Assembly: GCF_009914755.1 (NCBI RefSeq)
Contig: NC_060934.1
From: the human T2T-CHM13v2.0 reference genome, Homo sapiens
Strand: one strand, 5' to 3'
Length of the DNA stretch: 64,000 bases
Below are positions 41,920 through 56,870 of the stretch, piece after piece. The stretch's first letter is position 1. Each line of letters begins with the position of its first letter. A program made the translations under genes and the position numbers. The notes beneath the pieces were generated by a model. That model ran no database searches. It was given only the letters and a program-made list of their open reading frames with translations, and was not told the origin of the DNA.

Positions 41920-42560
41920 TTTTTTAAAATGAAAATTTTCATTGAGGTTATGAGATATACCCTGCAAGGAAATACAATATAGGTCATGGTTGAATAAATT
42001 TTTGCAAACTAAACACACAGCATTAATTAGCACCCATGTTAAGATACAAAATACTAACAGCACCTTCGAAGCCCTTTTGTTCCCCTCCCAGTCATTAACT
42101 CCAGCCTGTATCCTGACTTCACTACCATGGATTGATTCTGCTTGCTTTTGAACTTCACATGAGTGGAATCCTATCTAGCACATGTACTCTGTTGCGCCTG
42201 GCTTTCTTTTCTCAATAGAACTTTTACAAAATTCTCTTGTGTTGTGGTGTGCATTTATTCATTCTCATGGTTACAGAGTATTATATGAATATGATACATT
42301 TGGGCTGTTTACTGTCTTTGAATATTATAAATAGTGTAGCTATGCACATTCTCATGGTTGTTTTATGGTGAACAAATGCACACATTTCTGTTGCACACAA
42401 ATCTACACCTAAAAGTGAAATGTTACACTTAATTCACCTCAGTACATATGGCTAAATAACTTTCTACAGTCCTGTCACCCATATATGAGAGTGCCAGGAG
42501 CTCCACAATTTTGCCCACACTTGGTATTGTCTACTTTTTCTATATTTGCCATTCTTGTTA
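41920..42560 (-). mobile_element. Old L1ME-type 3' fragment
   Basis: TATCCTGACTTC..TACCATGGATT..TTTTGAACTTCACATGAGTGGAATC...TATTATAAATAGTGTAGCTATG...CACTTGGTATTGTC. Confidence 0.7.
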
Positions 42561-45382
42561 GTGAGTCAATAGTTATTTGCCTTCTAATATATTTCCTAAA
42601 ATAAATTGATCTCTAATGGTAAAATAATGAGCCCAAGATTAGATCTCTCCTAGAAATTTTGTGTTGCAAGTGATTTAATAAAATTAACTCAAGAAATGCC
42701 ACAAACAAAGCAAACAGGAAGAGGCAAACACAAATTATTTAACAATTTTAAAGCAATAAATATATGTCAACAAGTAGTTCACTAAATTTTATCTCATCCC
42801 ACTCCATAAAGTCATTCACTATGATTTAAACATCAGAGAAATTTTTGTTTTTTCAGACGAGCCCCAAACATAAAGCTTAGGCCTCCTCCATGAAGCTCTA
42901 ATTCTTGATGTATCCATTATGATGCAACCTAGGAACCATTAAAAGGGGTTGGACCTGATGGTGATTGCCTAATTCTGATTTTGGATTCAAGTCATATAAG
43001 ATACGTAATTCAACAATAAAAGAATCAATCCCAAGAAGCCACTTGTTAGATATCTATGTACGAAGCTGATACTTTATTTTGTGAGCTGAATAATGATATT
43101 AAGTTTCCCTTTTATTTACTATCAATAAATTTCTCCCTCCAAATCAGTGAGTGCACTCAAGACTCCACATTTGTGCTTAAAAAAAGGCAGAGGCTAAATT
43201 CCAAATTATCAGCAGGAAAACCATGGTTAGTTAGAGTATTTTATTCTGTGACGCAGAATTTACTTGTGCAATGGAGCAATAAAGAGTCAGATAAAAATAT
43301 AAATGGGGAATAGAGAAGAATGAGTGTTTATCTGTTTTTATGTCTTAAAAAATTCTTCCAAAGAAAGGAAGAAAATGATGTAAAATTTGTGTTTCTTGCT
43401 TCTCGTATCCTAAGTCTCTTTATTAGAAGAAACACCAAGTAAAAGGCATAGAATAGCAGATTATTTTCAAAATGCATTTATTCTCAAAAGATATTTTTTC
43501 TTCCCTATTATCAATAAAATTCAGCAATTGCTCGGACCCTGTATTTCCTCAGTATATTTTAACTTTTCCCCATGAATATGAGTTAGTTTAAAAAATCCTT
43601 GAATCCGCTCCAATTACAGACTTCCCCAGCATTGCTTTTTTAAATGGTTTACATGGCTAAGTGTATTTGTTTGACCTAAAATTTGGCAAAAACATACTTA
43701 TGTCTTTGAGAGATTAGTAGTCATCAGATACCACTTGAGAATTCATTTTGGTCTTAAATTAGGATAATAATAGATTTATGTTGTTAGAAAGAAAAGCTAA
43801 TTGGGTAAACTAAGAGATGTGAGTTTCAGTTCCATATTTAGTATTAAATTGGTTCCAGATACAAAAGGTAGATTTTCTCTGAAGGCCTTTCTTGTTGGAG
43901 ATGAAGACAGAAACTTCATGTTATAAACATATTCTTGGCAAATGTCATGAAAGTGTAGCTTTACCCCACAATTTGCTAATATGTATGCTTAGAATAGTAA
44001 ATGACTCTACAACAAGTTGAATTTGGCAAAACTTATATAGAAAGGTTGGGTCAGAGAGCCCTGCTCAGGCATACAAGCAGAAGGGGATATACGGAGTTTC
44101 CCCTGAAAAGAAACAAATTGCTCCACAAGCCACCAGTGGCCCTACGAACACCCCTCATGCATTTTCTTTTTCAGGAAAATACCCATGAAGCCTCCTTGGA
44201 AAAATAGGTGGTGGAGAAACAGTGCCTGCTGGCCAAATGATTAGCAATATCTTAGAATGTCCAAAGCAACCCTCACTGCACATACAGAGCAGCATAGCAA
44301 CACATCTACGGTGGAGAGTATACACTTTCCTCTACCCTGAACCACTGATGAATTCGACAATAAATCAATTGAATTTTAAAAATTGGTAATGGGGTAAACA
44401 AGCTGTTGACTAACTACGTAGAGAGGACAAAAGAAACACAGAACACGAACAGATTACTGAAGGAAGGGTCAACTCATCATGTGAGTGAGTGCAGGCAGCA
44501 TAGTTCTGAACGATGTTTTAATATCATGTTAAGTCTAATTAAGAAAGAGCACTGTGAAAACAGAACAAAGGGCGGGTGCCCTACCACAGGGAAGGAGAGC
44601 AAGGACCCCAAGGAACAGGGAGTGCAAGAGGAAGGATGCAGCCAAGGCCGGTCTTCCAGGGCCCTGGACACAGACGTCAGCGCTACCCACCTGACTCAGG
44701 CCACTGTATTTTCACTTCCAGAACATCTGAGCCATAACAGCCACAAGAGGAGCCAGAGAAGAACCTGCAGGAGTAAGGTGGCCCACACCCTGTACATGCT
44801 GAAAACGAAAACACCAAAAACCTTAAAAACAAAACAAAAACCTTACAAATCAAACCTCAGTATTCATGAAAAGACTGAGGACTTTACAATAAGAAATCCA
44901 ATGGGATTCTCTCGAAGGACACAAGTCCCCCAGGATTAGGATTTAGGATTAGAGTCTGGTGTGCAGACCCTGCACCTCTGATAGTTCAGGCCCTAAGAAG
45001 CAGACAAATCTTCACGCATTTTCATTTTTAATCTTTTCTTTGATGTATTAAAAGAACCTATTAGTATGGTTTATTTTGCAGTCTTGGACCATAGTTAGCA
45101 GTAATTTTTCCAGTGATGGTTTTCTACTATATTTTGCTAAATCATTTTTTTTTAGCACTTCTAAGCAGTTTTCTGGTAATGTTAAAAGGTTTAATTTGCA
45201 AAATCCTATGTCAGATGTGATTTTCACCTCACTCCCCTTACCACCCTCTCATCTTCCTCCAACACAGGGAAGACATGACCAAGAGTTTCAGGAGAGGAGT
45301 AGCTGCTCCCATTTCCCTCCTCTGCTCGCCCTAGCACTGGGGAGTCCAGGGATGGGGCAGGTGCATGAATCCTCAGGGATAC

Positions 45383-45736
45383 TGTAGTAAGGACCACAAA
45401 CCAGACCGGGCTGCCTAAACGGCAAAGATTTTTTCTCTCACTGTTCAAAGTCAAGGTCAAAGTGTCGGCTGGGTTGGTTCCTCTTGAGGCTTCTTTCTTT
45501 GGCATGTAGAAGGCGTCTTCTCTCTGTCCTCACGGGGTGGTCCCTCTGTGCGTGCCTGTGTCCTGATCTCCTCTTCTTATAAGAAAACTACTTCTATTGG
45601 ATTAGGGCTCCTTGATGGCCTTATTTTAGCTTGATTTTCTCTGTAACGACCCTGTCTCCAAATGCAGTCAGATGCTGAGGTCCTGGGGATTAGAATCCCA
45701 ACATAAATTTTGGAGGACACAATTCAGCCCATAGCA
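45383..45736 (-). mobile_element. MLT1 (B/C-type) MaLR solo LTR
   Basis: CCTGATCTCCTCTTCTTATAAG...GACCCTGTCTCCAAATGCAGTCA...GACACAATTCAGCCCATAGCA. Confidence 0.8.
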
Positions 45737-46192
45737 GGGGGCTGAGATGACTGCCTCATCCCCAGTTCCTTTTTCTGTGTTCCAGCACTCTCGCATGGGG
45801 ACTTGGGAGGGGTTGCAGGAGGAAAGGCAGAGTCCCTTTGCTGGAAGTTCCGCTCAGGACTGCATCACGCAGTTGCGGAACTACTCTAGAGGGCTTCACA
45901 CATTCTCACCAGAGCTCCTAAAACACTGCAGGCTTCTGTGCTCCCAGCAAAAAGCAGGCTTCTCTTCTTATAATAAAAGTTTTATGGTAGAGAGAATTGG
46001 AAAAAAAAAACAGATCGTGGCATCCGAAGTCTCTTTCAGGTTAACCTGTGCTTTGGGGAGCAAGGTGGCCGTAGTGCTGGGAGTGAGAACCAGAATGCTT
46101 CCTGGACAAGGTGACACTCAGGCACAGGGGGAATATGTGTCCAGAAAGCTGCTCTTTTAAGATCCTGGAGGCATCTAGGTTTCTATACTTGA

Positions 46193-46535
<343 letters not shown>

Positions 46536-47283
46536 TCCCTTTTTAATTTTGAATAACTGCCTAACTTTGATTTGGACATTATTGATAAGAAATATTTGCT
46601 GCATATTATTGAAACTCAGCTTACATTTATCCTCATCTACACATAAGATGATTTGAAATAATGTCCTAAAGTTACTTTTAATTATATTTTGGGGTTTCCT
46701 CAATTGTAAGTGTACTAATTCAGGCTCATTATAAAAGATTATTAAGTTCTCACACTTACTACATTTGGCAAAATTAAATAATTTCCTGAAATAATTATAT
46801 AATTCATCTCCATACCACAGCTTCTCCATGTGTTGTAGAACAGCAGGGGCAGTGAACTTTTTCTAAACTGGAGTTTAGAAACTAAAACATATTTGACCAT
46901 GGGCCTTTTTATCTTGGAAGCGATTTTTAACATAAAAAACTATTTTAGATATCTGATTAAAACCATTTTCAACATTTTGCTAACATAAAGCATAGCTTAA
47001 GAAACACTGCCACGAGCTGAATTCTATCTACATAGAAAAGAAACTTATTTGAAACGACAGAGAAGCTAATGTATGCAGAAAAGCAGAACAGATTGGCATA
47101 CTTTTTAAGAATAATTGTCATCCAAGGCCTGATGATGTCCTTTTCTTGAAGTAAATATACAAATATTCGTCTAAATGCATAGTTTTACATACTGTATCTT
47201 CTATTTCTTTCTGGCTAAATCTATAGTTCAAAACATTGGGAAATTTTAAAGGAAAAATATTTTATTCAAAAGATCAGCTGCAA

Positions 47284-47819
<536 letters not shown>

Positions 47820-50800
47820 TGAATCTATTGTAGTAAGAGTTATTAAAATGACTTAATATTCTATATAGACGTAGATTACTTCTTTAGCAGTCACTTGCCC
47901 ATAATTTAACACTGAAAAATTTGCTAATGCTTCAAAAATATTAAGCATAATTATAACACTAAAATAGATTGTATTATACAGATATATAAATTAGATTATC
48001 TTAAATATTTATAATAATTTATAAATATATCATAACATATTAAAAATTGTCCACATGTTGTTAAGGATTTTGAAATAACATTGTGACAGGCTTTGGCTGA
48101 ATGATGGGTTGGTATATGGAACCACATGATGTTTATCAGGTTGCTTTGCTATCTTATTTTAAAACAGAGTGTTTGTTTCCATGGAGTCTTATTAGACTGC
48201 CCCACAAAATCCTGGTAGCCATGCCTACTCCTCCCTGAGATAATGAAGCCTTTTCTTGTTTGATTTTGAGATGCTTGAAGATACTGAGGGAGAAGGGTTC
48301 TCCTCTTGCAGTAGCCCTTCCAAATAATTCTCTCCTCACTTAAGTTTAGTTTTGTTTTAACCTGGCAATGACACACACACACACATTTTAATAGCAAATA
48401 TAAATTTATTTGACATACTTTTATTAAGTGATTTGTTTATGCCCTATACTGTTAGTTATATGGTAAAACATCATCCAGTAATTTACAAAATATGCTCCTG
48501 AGATTTGTTTAACTAGTAATGCAAATAGTGTACGATTCTGTGAGAAAATAAGTAACAAAGAGCAGCGGAGAAGGCAGTTTTTGGTTTGTGCAGAACAGTT
48601 AATAATGGCTTTCTAAAAGGGTCTGGACTTGTGGTCATCCTATGGGAAATGGGATTATTTTCCTAGATTGGTAGAGACATGAGATGGTGATTGAGTCAGG
48701 GACTGTAGCCAAAAGCAAGGTCTGGAAATAAGCAAATAAGTCAAGAGACAACCAAAAACAATGTGGAGATCCTTCTGAAAGAAATAAAGGGGCAAAACAC
48801 ATAGAGTTAGTGGTAGATTGGTGCCTATGCACATTTCTTATATTCTTCACCTTTGTTCTATATTTAGCACTGAATGGGAATTCAAGACCAGATGATGTTT
48901 ATTTTGAATTTGACCCAAAACATTTTTTCTTCTCATGTTATTTTACAGAACTGAGTAAGATTATAACATTAGATTGGGAAGCTTTTATCTGTGACCCTAA
49001 CTTTGATAAGCACTCCAAGATATCTTAAGAAATCAAAAAGTTTTAATGTAGAGAAGGAGAAGGAAAAGTATGAAATCAGAGAAGTTGTGAAACTAAGGAG
49101 TAGACTCCATCACTGGGAGCATATCCTGTAAGCCATGTTCTCCAGAGTGTGATATTCCTGAAGCCAGACACACTGGGGGTAGAGAATATGAAGTCAATAT
49201 ACCACCCCGCAGCACTGATTCATTTTCTCCAAACATTGTGGCTTATGTCCCTGAAAGTGGGAGCTTATTTATCATAAGAGGGCGTGATATCGGCAGGGGC
49301 CCAAGATGGGAATGACTGAGGGAGCCAGGGAGCATGAAGAGGAAGAAGGCAGGGACAAGCGGAGATGCTCTTGAGAGGGAGTGAGGTGGAGGGTGGTCTG
49401 CCATTCCGGCTGCTTCTGAATCCAGAGATTTTGAATTCCCTTTTATTATAATTTACCACCATTTCTTCAATGATGTCTTGAGAAAGTTCCTCTTCCTTGA
49501 AATCAAAAAGGCCTCTCCACACACCTAGATAACTTGCTCTGATCTGTTTTACCACTATGATTTGAGAAACACTAAGTGTCCTCTGCCCCTCATCAGCATC
49601 AACTCTGTGGGTTATTTAAAGAACAAGGGGAATGTAGAGAGAAAGGACTGTTTCTGTCCTAAGCAAATATAAGCAGCCTTGGCAAGCTCTGACCATGTGA
49701 TTTCTAGGACAGCTTGTGCATTCTTTGTGAGACTGAGGGCACTGCCCTGCCCCGTTTCTACTTCACCTCCTGCAAGTGTGCGAGTTCCCACTTGCAATGG
49801 AGCCACGTGCCACTGTGTCTACGGTCAATCTGGCTCCCGGGGGTCTATGGTGGGCTTCTCTGGAGTCGTCTCTTTTCCAGATTGGCTGAAGGGATGCAGC
49901 TTACAAATGCAAAACAAAAAAAATTAAGGTAGATAGTAAACAAGGAAGAGTTGCATACATGTTTTAGTTCTGGTTTCTGGTATCTCTTTTGTTGTACCCA
50001 TTGATACCAGATGTCCAAAAATAGTTCTGCTTGTCTAGTTGTCTATAAATTTGAATTACAGAAATCAACTGAAGTCATCCCCCTGTCCCAGTCAATAGGG
50101 TAATAACGAATGTCCTTATGCAAGATAGAATTTGAGAGCTAAACGACAATTAGTATTAACAATTACAGTGGAAGCTCTCTGGTTACCTTTGTCTGGAAAT
50201 AGTGATGGAATGCACTTATGGCACACTAATGTGGGTATTTTTGTTTGTCTTAAGGAAATTTACCAATTGTATAGGTTTGTATAGTAAATTGATGAGCTTC
50301 ATTTTCTGATTTTGCAATGGTGTCTGTTTGGGTGTAATTTCCACTACACCCAAGAATGGTGTAAAGCCATTCTTTTAGGAATGCCAGCCAAGTAGCCACC
50401 TCTCAGAAATACCTCAAGAATGACTTGAAGGTCATTAGGATTTGTCTGAGATAATATATTTTAAAAATAATATTGGGTAGGGCTTTTCTATTGGAATTTT
50501 CAACATACAGTCATTATTTCAAGCAACTATATCAACTTGCAACAACATGATGTTACACAGATTTCTAAGAATCAAATTGTGATGTGTACACCAGTAATTA
50601 CATGGATAGAGTATCTGCTTTTCATTGTTTTCTTCCAGCTATTCCTTTAGGGATTGTTGGTGTTTCTCTAGACCATGTTATATCCGTTCCGCTTGTTCAT
50701 TTTGGGATAGGTTTGAAGAAGTCATTCCTCAAAGTCCCTGTTGTTGATTTTTGGTGGACAGCCATGTCTTTAGTGGAAATGGCTCTGGTGTGAGTGCTCT

Positions 50801-52441
50801 AGCAGGATTAACTCACTGCATTTGTCTGGTCTACTTAATAATACCACTAACATGTCAGAGTTTTCCATCTCAAAATTAAACCATAAAAGGCCTCCGTTTC
50901 TCTCTCCTCTCTCTCCCTTCACCTCCCCGCCTCCCGCATCTGTCTCTCTCTCTCTCTCTTTGATGACAGAGGGATTTTGATGTTTTTTTTTATTGTTTGG
51001 ATTTTAACACATCATCATGAGATGTAGTGAATTCCTCTCCTTATTTTTCCCCAAAATGGATATCTATTTCTCCAAATGGATTAATATCCATTTTCCCCAA
51101 ATGGATAAATAAATAAGGCCCTAGGAGATGTTTACTATCTATAAGGCCCTTGGAGATGCGTATTATTCCAAACAAGAAGCTCCAGCACAAGGATTCTGAA
51201 CCCTAGCTGCTCATCAGCATCATTTGAGGGCTTTTTTAAAAATTGCGGAACCCTAGAAAATTACATTAGCGGGGGCCGGTAGGCTTTGGACTCTGCCCAG
51301 GAGATTATGGCCAGCTGCTGACGTGAGAGCTGCTGATGAGTGCCCAGGGCTGTGATCTGCAGAAGATCCCCTAGCTGGGAAAACAAAGGGACCCACTTTC
51401 TAACTTGCTTCCTGTTCTTACTTCAAAGCATTTGTGACTACACTGCAGGATCAAAATCACCCTGAGACCCTGGTGCTCCACTGCTAGAGGGCTTTACAGC
51501 TCTGGGACCCAAAAGGCTTTGAAGTCCACTGTGAATTCCTGTGGCTGGGAAGTAGTGGTCCATTAGGAGAATCAAGGCCATGATTTGCCAAAAAGAACTG
51601 CTTTCTACCTCTTTTCACTGGGAGTACGCAATGGGAAGACCATACCCCCAACTTGAACATTGCTCTTGGCTCTGTTAAATTCTATTCTTTATGATAAATT
51701 AATACTTAGTGCCTCCATAAAAGTTAAGAATGACTGTTGATTTTTAGCCATTTATTAATATTTTATTATAAGTTTTTCTGAGATAATGTGAAAATTTTTA
51801 AGTATTTGATAACAGAAAATAGGGAAAGGATAGCTCGTTGTCCATTACAATTCTTCCATAGATACCTGGCCTCCCCTAGACATCTGATCTCTTTGGAACA
51901 TAGTTTAAATCAAATATCCATTAACAGCAGAAAAAAAATGCAGATTCTACTTTCTAATCTCCTATAGTATCACAACCTAGCTACGTATGTCCAACAGAGA
52001 GAAAAGGCACATAGTGATTCTGCAGCTCCAGGATTAAGTGTGATAATTGACCACAGGTGCTCTTTTCCTTTTTGTACGTTTTTTGAACCTTTCTAAGAAC
52101 AAGCGATCACATAGTTTGATTTTAATGTATTTTCATGCCATAATCTGACGGATTTTAAGCATTAAGATGTCAGAACTGCTAGATGAGAGAGGGACTGATT
52201 TTATTGCATTCCTAGGAAAAGATATATGCTTTATTTACTCTCCAGTAACAGAAAGAAAAACCCTCATACAAATTTGGTGGTTGAGCTAATGCTTGTATTT
52301 TTATGTATTGTGGATTTTGATCACAAGAAAATTTCTCAGCAACAATTAATGTTTTCATAATAACATACCAGAAACTAGAAATAGTTTATCACAGTTTGGG
52401 AATATTTTATTAGGTCATTTTGTATTAGAAATAGAGTTATA

Positions 52442-52770
52442 GGCCAGGCACGATGGCTCACGCCTGTAATCCCAGCACTTTGGGAGGCTGAGGCGGGCAG
52501 ATCACGAGGTCAGTAGATCGAGACCATCCTGGCTAACATGGTGAAACCCTGTCTCTATTAAAAATATAAAAAAATAGCTGGGCATGGTGGCAGGTGCCTG
52601 TAGTCCCAGCTACTCAGGAGGCGGAGGCAGGAGAATGGCGTGAACCTGGGAGGCAGAGGTTACAGCGAGCTGAAATAGAACCACTGCACTCCAGCCTGGG
52701 TGACAGAGCAAGACTCTGTCTCAAAAAAAAAAAAAAAAAAAAAAAAAGATAAAAGAAAAAAAGAAAAAAT
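52442..52770 (+). mobile_element. AluY, full length, long A-rich tail
   Basis: GATCACGAGGTCAG..GATCGAGACCATCCTGGCTAAC and AGAATGGCGTGAACC. Confidence 0.94.
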
Positions 52771-53015
52771 AGAGAAGTAAAGTTATAGCACAGTTTAGAA
52801 AGTAAAGACTAGAAAAAGAACAAATTCTACCCAAACCCATTTTAATAATTAAAATTTATTCAGTCAATATGCATTTTAAATTATATTGTATTAAAGTCAG
52901 TCTAAATTTTTAAAGATTAAAGCAACGTTTTAAATACTAACTGACTTAATTAGTTGATTCTGATTATATAAACCTTCATCTGTGCCCTAAAACTGTTTAT
53001 TAAAAAGTACACTAT

Positions 53016-53228
53016 AGCCTAGGCAACATACAGATACTCTGTCCCAAAAAAAAAAAATTAAAAATTAGCCAGGTTTGGTGGCACACCTGTATTCCCAGCT
53101 ACTCGGGAGGTTGAGGCCAGAGGATTGCTTGAGCCCAGGAGTTTGAGGATACAGTGAACTGTGTAGACACTACCACACCCTAGCCTGGGTGACAGAGCGA
53201 GACTCCATCTCAAAAAAATAAAATAATA
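53016..53228 (+). mobile_element. AluJ, 5'-truncated
   Basis: GAGGATTGCTTGAGCCCAGGAGTTTGAGG right arm preceded by the end of a left arm. Confidence 0.88.
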
Positions 53229-53499
53229 TACAACATTGGAGGCCAACTTTCCAAGTCAAGAAGGAAAAGCCCAACCCTGCAAAGTAAAGAAATATGAAGG
53301 CAGTGATTCTGATATAGGTTAACTAAATAGGAAGCTACTTATATTATTCATGCCTCCTATAAAGGACTAATCTAGGAAAGATGTTGTAACTTTTATTTTA
53401 GTTTTCTTTCTATCATAGGAAGTTAAAAGGGCTGATGTTACCCACCAAATGCTGAATCCTCTTGTGCTGAATAGAAACAACAAATACTTCCATGCCTAG

Positions 53500-53941
53500 T
53501 ATTAAAAAAGAACATATGCGAGGAGATTTGCTAACGTATGGTCAGGAAGACTTTATTCAGGACCATTTAAATAGGCATAGAGACACCGCTCTGGGGTGTG
53601 GCAGTGGGGTAGAGATTGGGCTCCACTTTGAATGCAGTGTGGGCAAGCGGGGAATTCACAGCCAAGGAGCAGGGTGGGGGTGAGTGTCAGGGCCAAGGGA
53701 ATGCTGGCTACACCGACCTAATGGTTTCCTGCTGAAGAGAGGCCAAGGTGATCAGATACCACCTTGGTGGATGGTGGAGGAAGAGGAACCTGAACAGATA
53801 TTAAAGGTGATCAAATATTGGAGGTGGGGGGTTCTTGCTAAACTGACTTTGCAGGGATTTTACAAGAAAGCATGCAGAGAGGCCTTGGAAAAGGTTCAGG
53901 GAGCTGGAGTACAGTTTGATCAAGCAAAGAATATTTGCTAC
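53500..53941 (-). mobile_element. MER67-like ERV1 solo LTR
   Basis: Minus strand CAAATATTCTTTGCTTGATCAAACT...CTTGTAAAATCC...AAGTCAGTTTAGCAAGAACCCCCACC, with AATAAAGTC near the 3' end. Confidence 0.65.
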
Positions 53942-54199
53942 TATCCAGCTATTAGAATCATGTCTGAGGCAAGGCTGTACTTTTATTAACTTTCAGTGAA
54001 CTTTAGAACAGCTGAGATTTTGGCTGGGTCTCTACATTTGAGTGAATATTCATAGTACGTAGATACAGGAGCAGCCCAGTGATTGCTCGGTTTTTAAAAT
54101 AAAAGGCCTTATGACCTGCACCTTTCTGACACTGGTTCCCAGCCTCCAAGCACATTCCAGAAGACTGAATACAATCTTGGGTACTTGATAAAACACCTA

Positions 54200-54813
54200 G
54201 TTGGGGCTCCGAACACTACACCCCCACATATGGTGCTCTGCCATGCTAAGGGGATGGAAAGGCTCAGAAGCAAGGTCTCTCTGACTTTCTCCCATCCTGG
54301 TGTCTTTCCTCAACCCTCATCTTCCAACTCCCTAACCAATTCATAGGAAAGAGAATTCCTCTTCCCCAACACAGCTCATAGACACTAGAACCCCTCTCTT
54401 CCAAAGCAAGCCATGAAACCTGGAAAGGTCATTCTCTCTCTTCTCCCTTGAAGATCCTTGTTCCACAGGAGTCCTGCCCTATACCTGGAAGGAAGGAATG
54501 AATGCATGCAGAGAATCCAAGAAGAACCTGAACAGGCAGGCCTTGCTGGGATTTCCCCTCACTCTATCACTATTAGATCACAGCCTTTTGTCTAATCACA
54601 TTTCTACACAACTGTCCGTTCTTTATAGAATGTAGGCATAAAAATAATTTTCCTTGAGATTTTGGCTCTTCATTTCTGCATTACTCTGTGTCATGTAAAG
54701 TTTGATTAATAATTTTGTTATACTTTTCTCCTGTTTACCTGTCTTTTGTTACAGGAGTGTTCACTGTCATCCTCCTAATAGGTAGGGGATGGTATCACAC
54801 CTTTCCGCCTTAA
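54200..54813 (+). mobile_element. MER39-like ERV1 solo LTR
   Basis: GTTGGGGCTCCGAAC...CTCAGAAGCAAGGTCTCTCTGAC...CATAGACACTAGAACCC...TTTTGTCTAATCACATTTCTACAC; related to the 4021-5200 element. Confidence 0.7.
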
Positions 54814-56416
54814 AGCCTCAAGAGGTGAAAGAAGGCCTATTGTAGTCATATGGCACAGGGCAGAGAATCTCCAACTTTAATTGTCTGGGATCTTGTTTCA
54901 GGCAGATAATTAGCAGGAGAAAATAGAGTCTGACATTGAGCATTTTAATGAGTGCCTGGGCAATATCAAGGCTGGTTGTAATATCAAGGCTGGTTGTTCA
55001 GGGAGCACAATGACTCTCTAAGCCTGGATTCCTCACTTGCAAACGAGAGTGGTGCTGCTCACAACTCAGGTACTATTTGGAGAATCAACAAGATTTGACG
55101 TGACATGATAAACCCAGAGAATGAAAGCCAGGAAGCATTTAATACATGCTACAATTTTTCCTTTGCTTTTAAAAAGTTGATTTGTTATCAAGAGAAGATG
55201 ACAGAAATAATACCATTTCGTAACTTTCCATTCTTCACTTTGATAGTTTATCATATATGTGTTTATTTTTCTCATAATAATATACAGGAAACACATTATA
55301 TTTTCCTAGCGCTAGTCAAATTCTATTTAAGTTTGTTAACACACTAAATCATTGTCAGATAGGGGTCATCATTAGGTTTCATTGGTGTTGGTCAAAGTGG
55401 ACACTATTTCCAAGACAGCACTTTCCGCCAGAGATTGTGGCATTTTGCCCAATATCTGTTAGGCCGCTTGATGGCTTTTCACATGCCTAGTGAAAAAATT
55501 TTTTTTTCCTTTTGATTCTGTTTTTCTCATAATAAAAACTCCCTTTAAAATTGAAGGCAAATTTTATTTTATTGTGGAAATAATCCAGCTTGAGAATGAA
55601 TCAATGCCACACTTTTTCCATGGAATGAAAGTATAACCTCGTTAGGCTTTTGTGTGTTTTCACAGATGTTGTTCTCCTTTTTTGTAGAAGTGAGCTATCA
55701 AAACCTTATTCTGCAGCCATATATACAGGTACAGGTTGAAGCTAGAACTCAGGATAATAGTATACTGAAATTTTTAGCAGCCTAAATTTGTATTTTAAGT
55801 AATTATGTCCACCCGTAAGGCAAATATTTAGAACATGTCTGTGTTGACTGGCCCTGTCGACCTCCTGATGGGACTTTTAAGACAAAATGAACACATTGTT
55901 TCTGCTCCCTGTGCCCTGAGGGTGGGAACCAGGCTGTGATGTCTTTAAATAGTCACAGGTTGTATCTCTAACCTTTGTGCCATTTCCTAATGATTCATAC
56001 CCCCAACTGCAGCTTTTGAATAGCTGACAAGCTCAACTCTTAGTGATATAACTTTTAATAACATATATTCTTATTACCTAGGATTTTTTTTTTGCCATAA
56101 AAATACATGGCAGTAAGTTTTTATCCCCCTCCCTAATATGTGAATAAAAATAAAGAATTTTTTAATTAAAAAAACAGGGGTGTGTAGTCCTGAATGGCGT
56201 AGTTCTGAGGCTCTCTTTGTTACAACTGTGTGTTAAAGGAAGTCTACCAGGAGCTTGAATGTATATGTTTTAATACTGCTTTGTCCCAAACCATTTTTGT
56301 ACCTTTTGTATCATGAATTATTTTACATGGCACAAAATAGAAGAAAACGATTAAAACATTGGAGAGAATAATGTCCGTCGTGGTGTAGTGGGAAGCAACA
56401 ACATTGAGAGCAGAAC

Positions 56417-56512
56417 TAGGGTGACCAACTAGACTGCTCCCATTTGTCCAGGATGGAAGAATTTCCCTAACCGTGGACGTACAGGAGGAACTCCAGGATA
56501 GCTGGTCGCTTC
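56417..56512. mobile_element. Possible MER81/MER94-like hAT-Blackjack MITE
   Basis: Starts TAGGGTGACCAAC and ends with a degenerate inverse (GCTGGTCGCTT). Confidence 0.4.
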
Positions 56513-56635
56513 GGCTGCCAGCCTCACTGGCGTCAAATAAAGGCTCTGCATTTTACCAGCATGGAAACTTCTGGCAAAGCCACTTCTCAGAGCTTTGGTT
56601 GTCTTCTTTATTAGCATAAATACTCTTTATGATTT

Positions 56636-56870
56636 TGTTAAATTAAGCATGGAATAAAGTGTTCTGCTTACATATTTTAAGTTTGCCTGAAAGGTTTCTC
56701 CATACATAGTGGGCTGTAACCTAACTGGATATGTGAACCAACTGTCACCTCCTCTTGTAGCAATCAGTTTCTGCCAGTCAGAGGTGGCCAACTGTCCAGA
56801 CCAGGCTCAAATAAAGAAAACGCAGAACTGTAACCGATTGGGTGTTTTTACATGTCACTTCCGTCTTCTG
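56636..56870 (+). mobile_element. MER57-like ERV1 LTR, 5' (U3) half only
   Basis: TGTTAAATTAAG...CTTACATATTTTAAGTTTGCCTGAAAGGTTTCTCCATACATAGTG...TGTAACCTAACTGGAT...GGCCAACTGT...TCAAATAA...CTGTAACC matches MER57 as I recall it, and runs directly into the tandem array. Confidence 0.8.

Noticed and set aside
44406-44939. 177-aa ORF, the longest outside repeats
   Set aside because: It starts at TTG, has no recognisable domain or protein-like composition, and an ORF of this length is plausible by chance in 64 kb.
51474-51495. CTCF-like site (CTGCTAGAGGGC)
   Set aside because: Several mismatches to the core consensus; not supportable without ChIP data.
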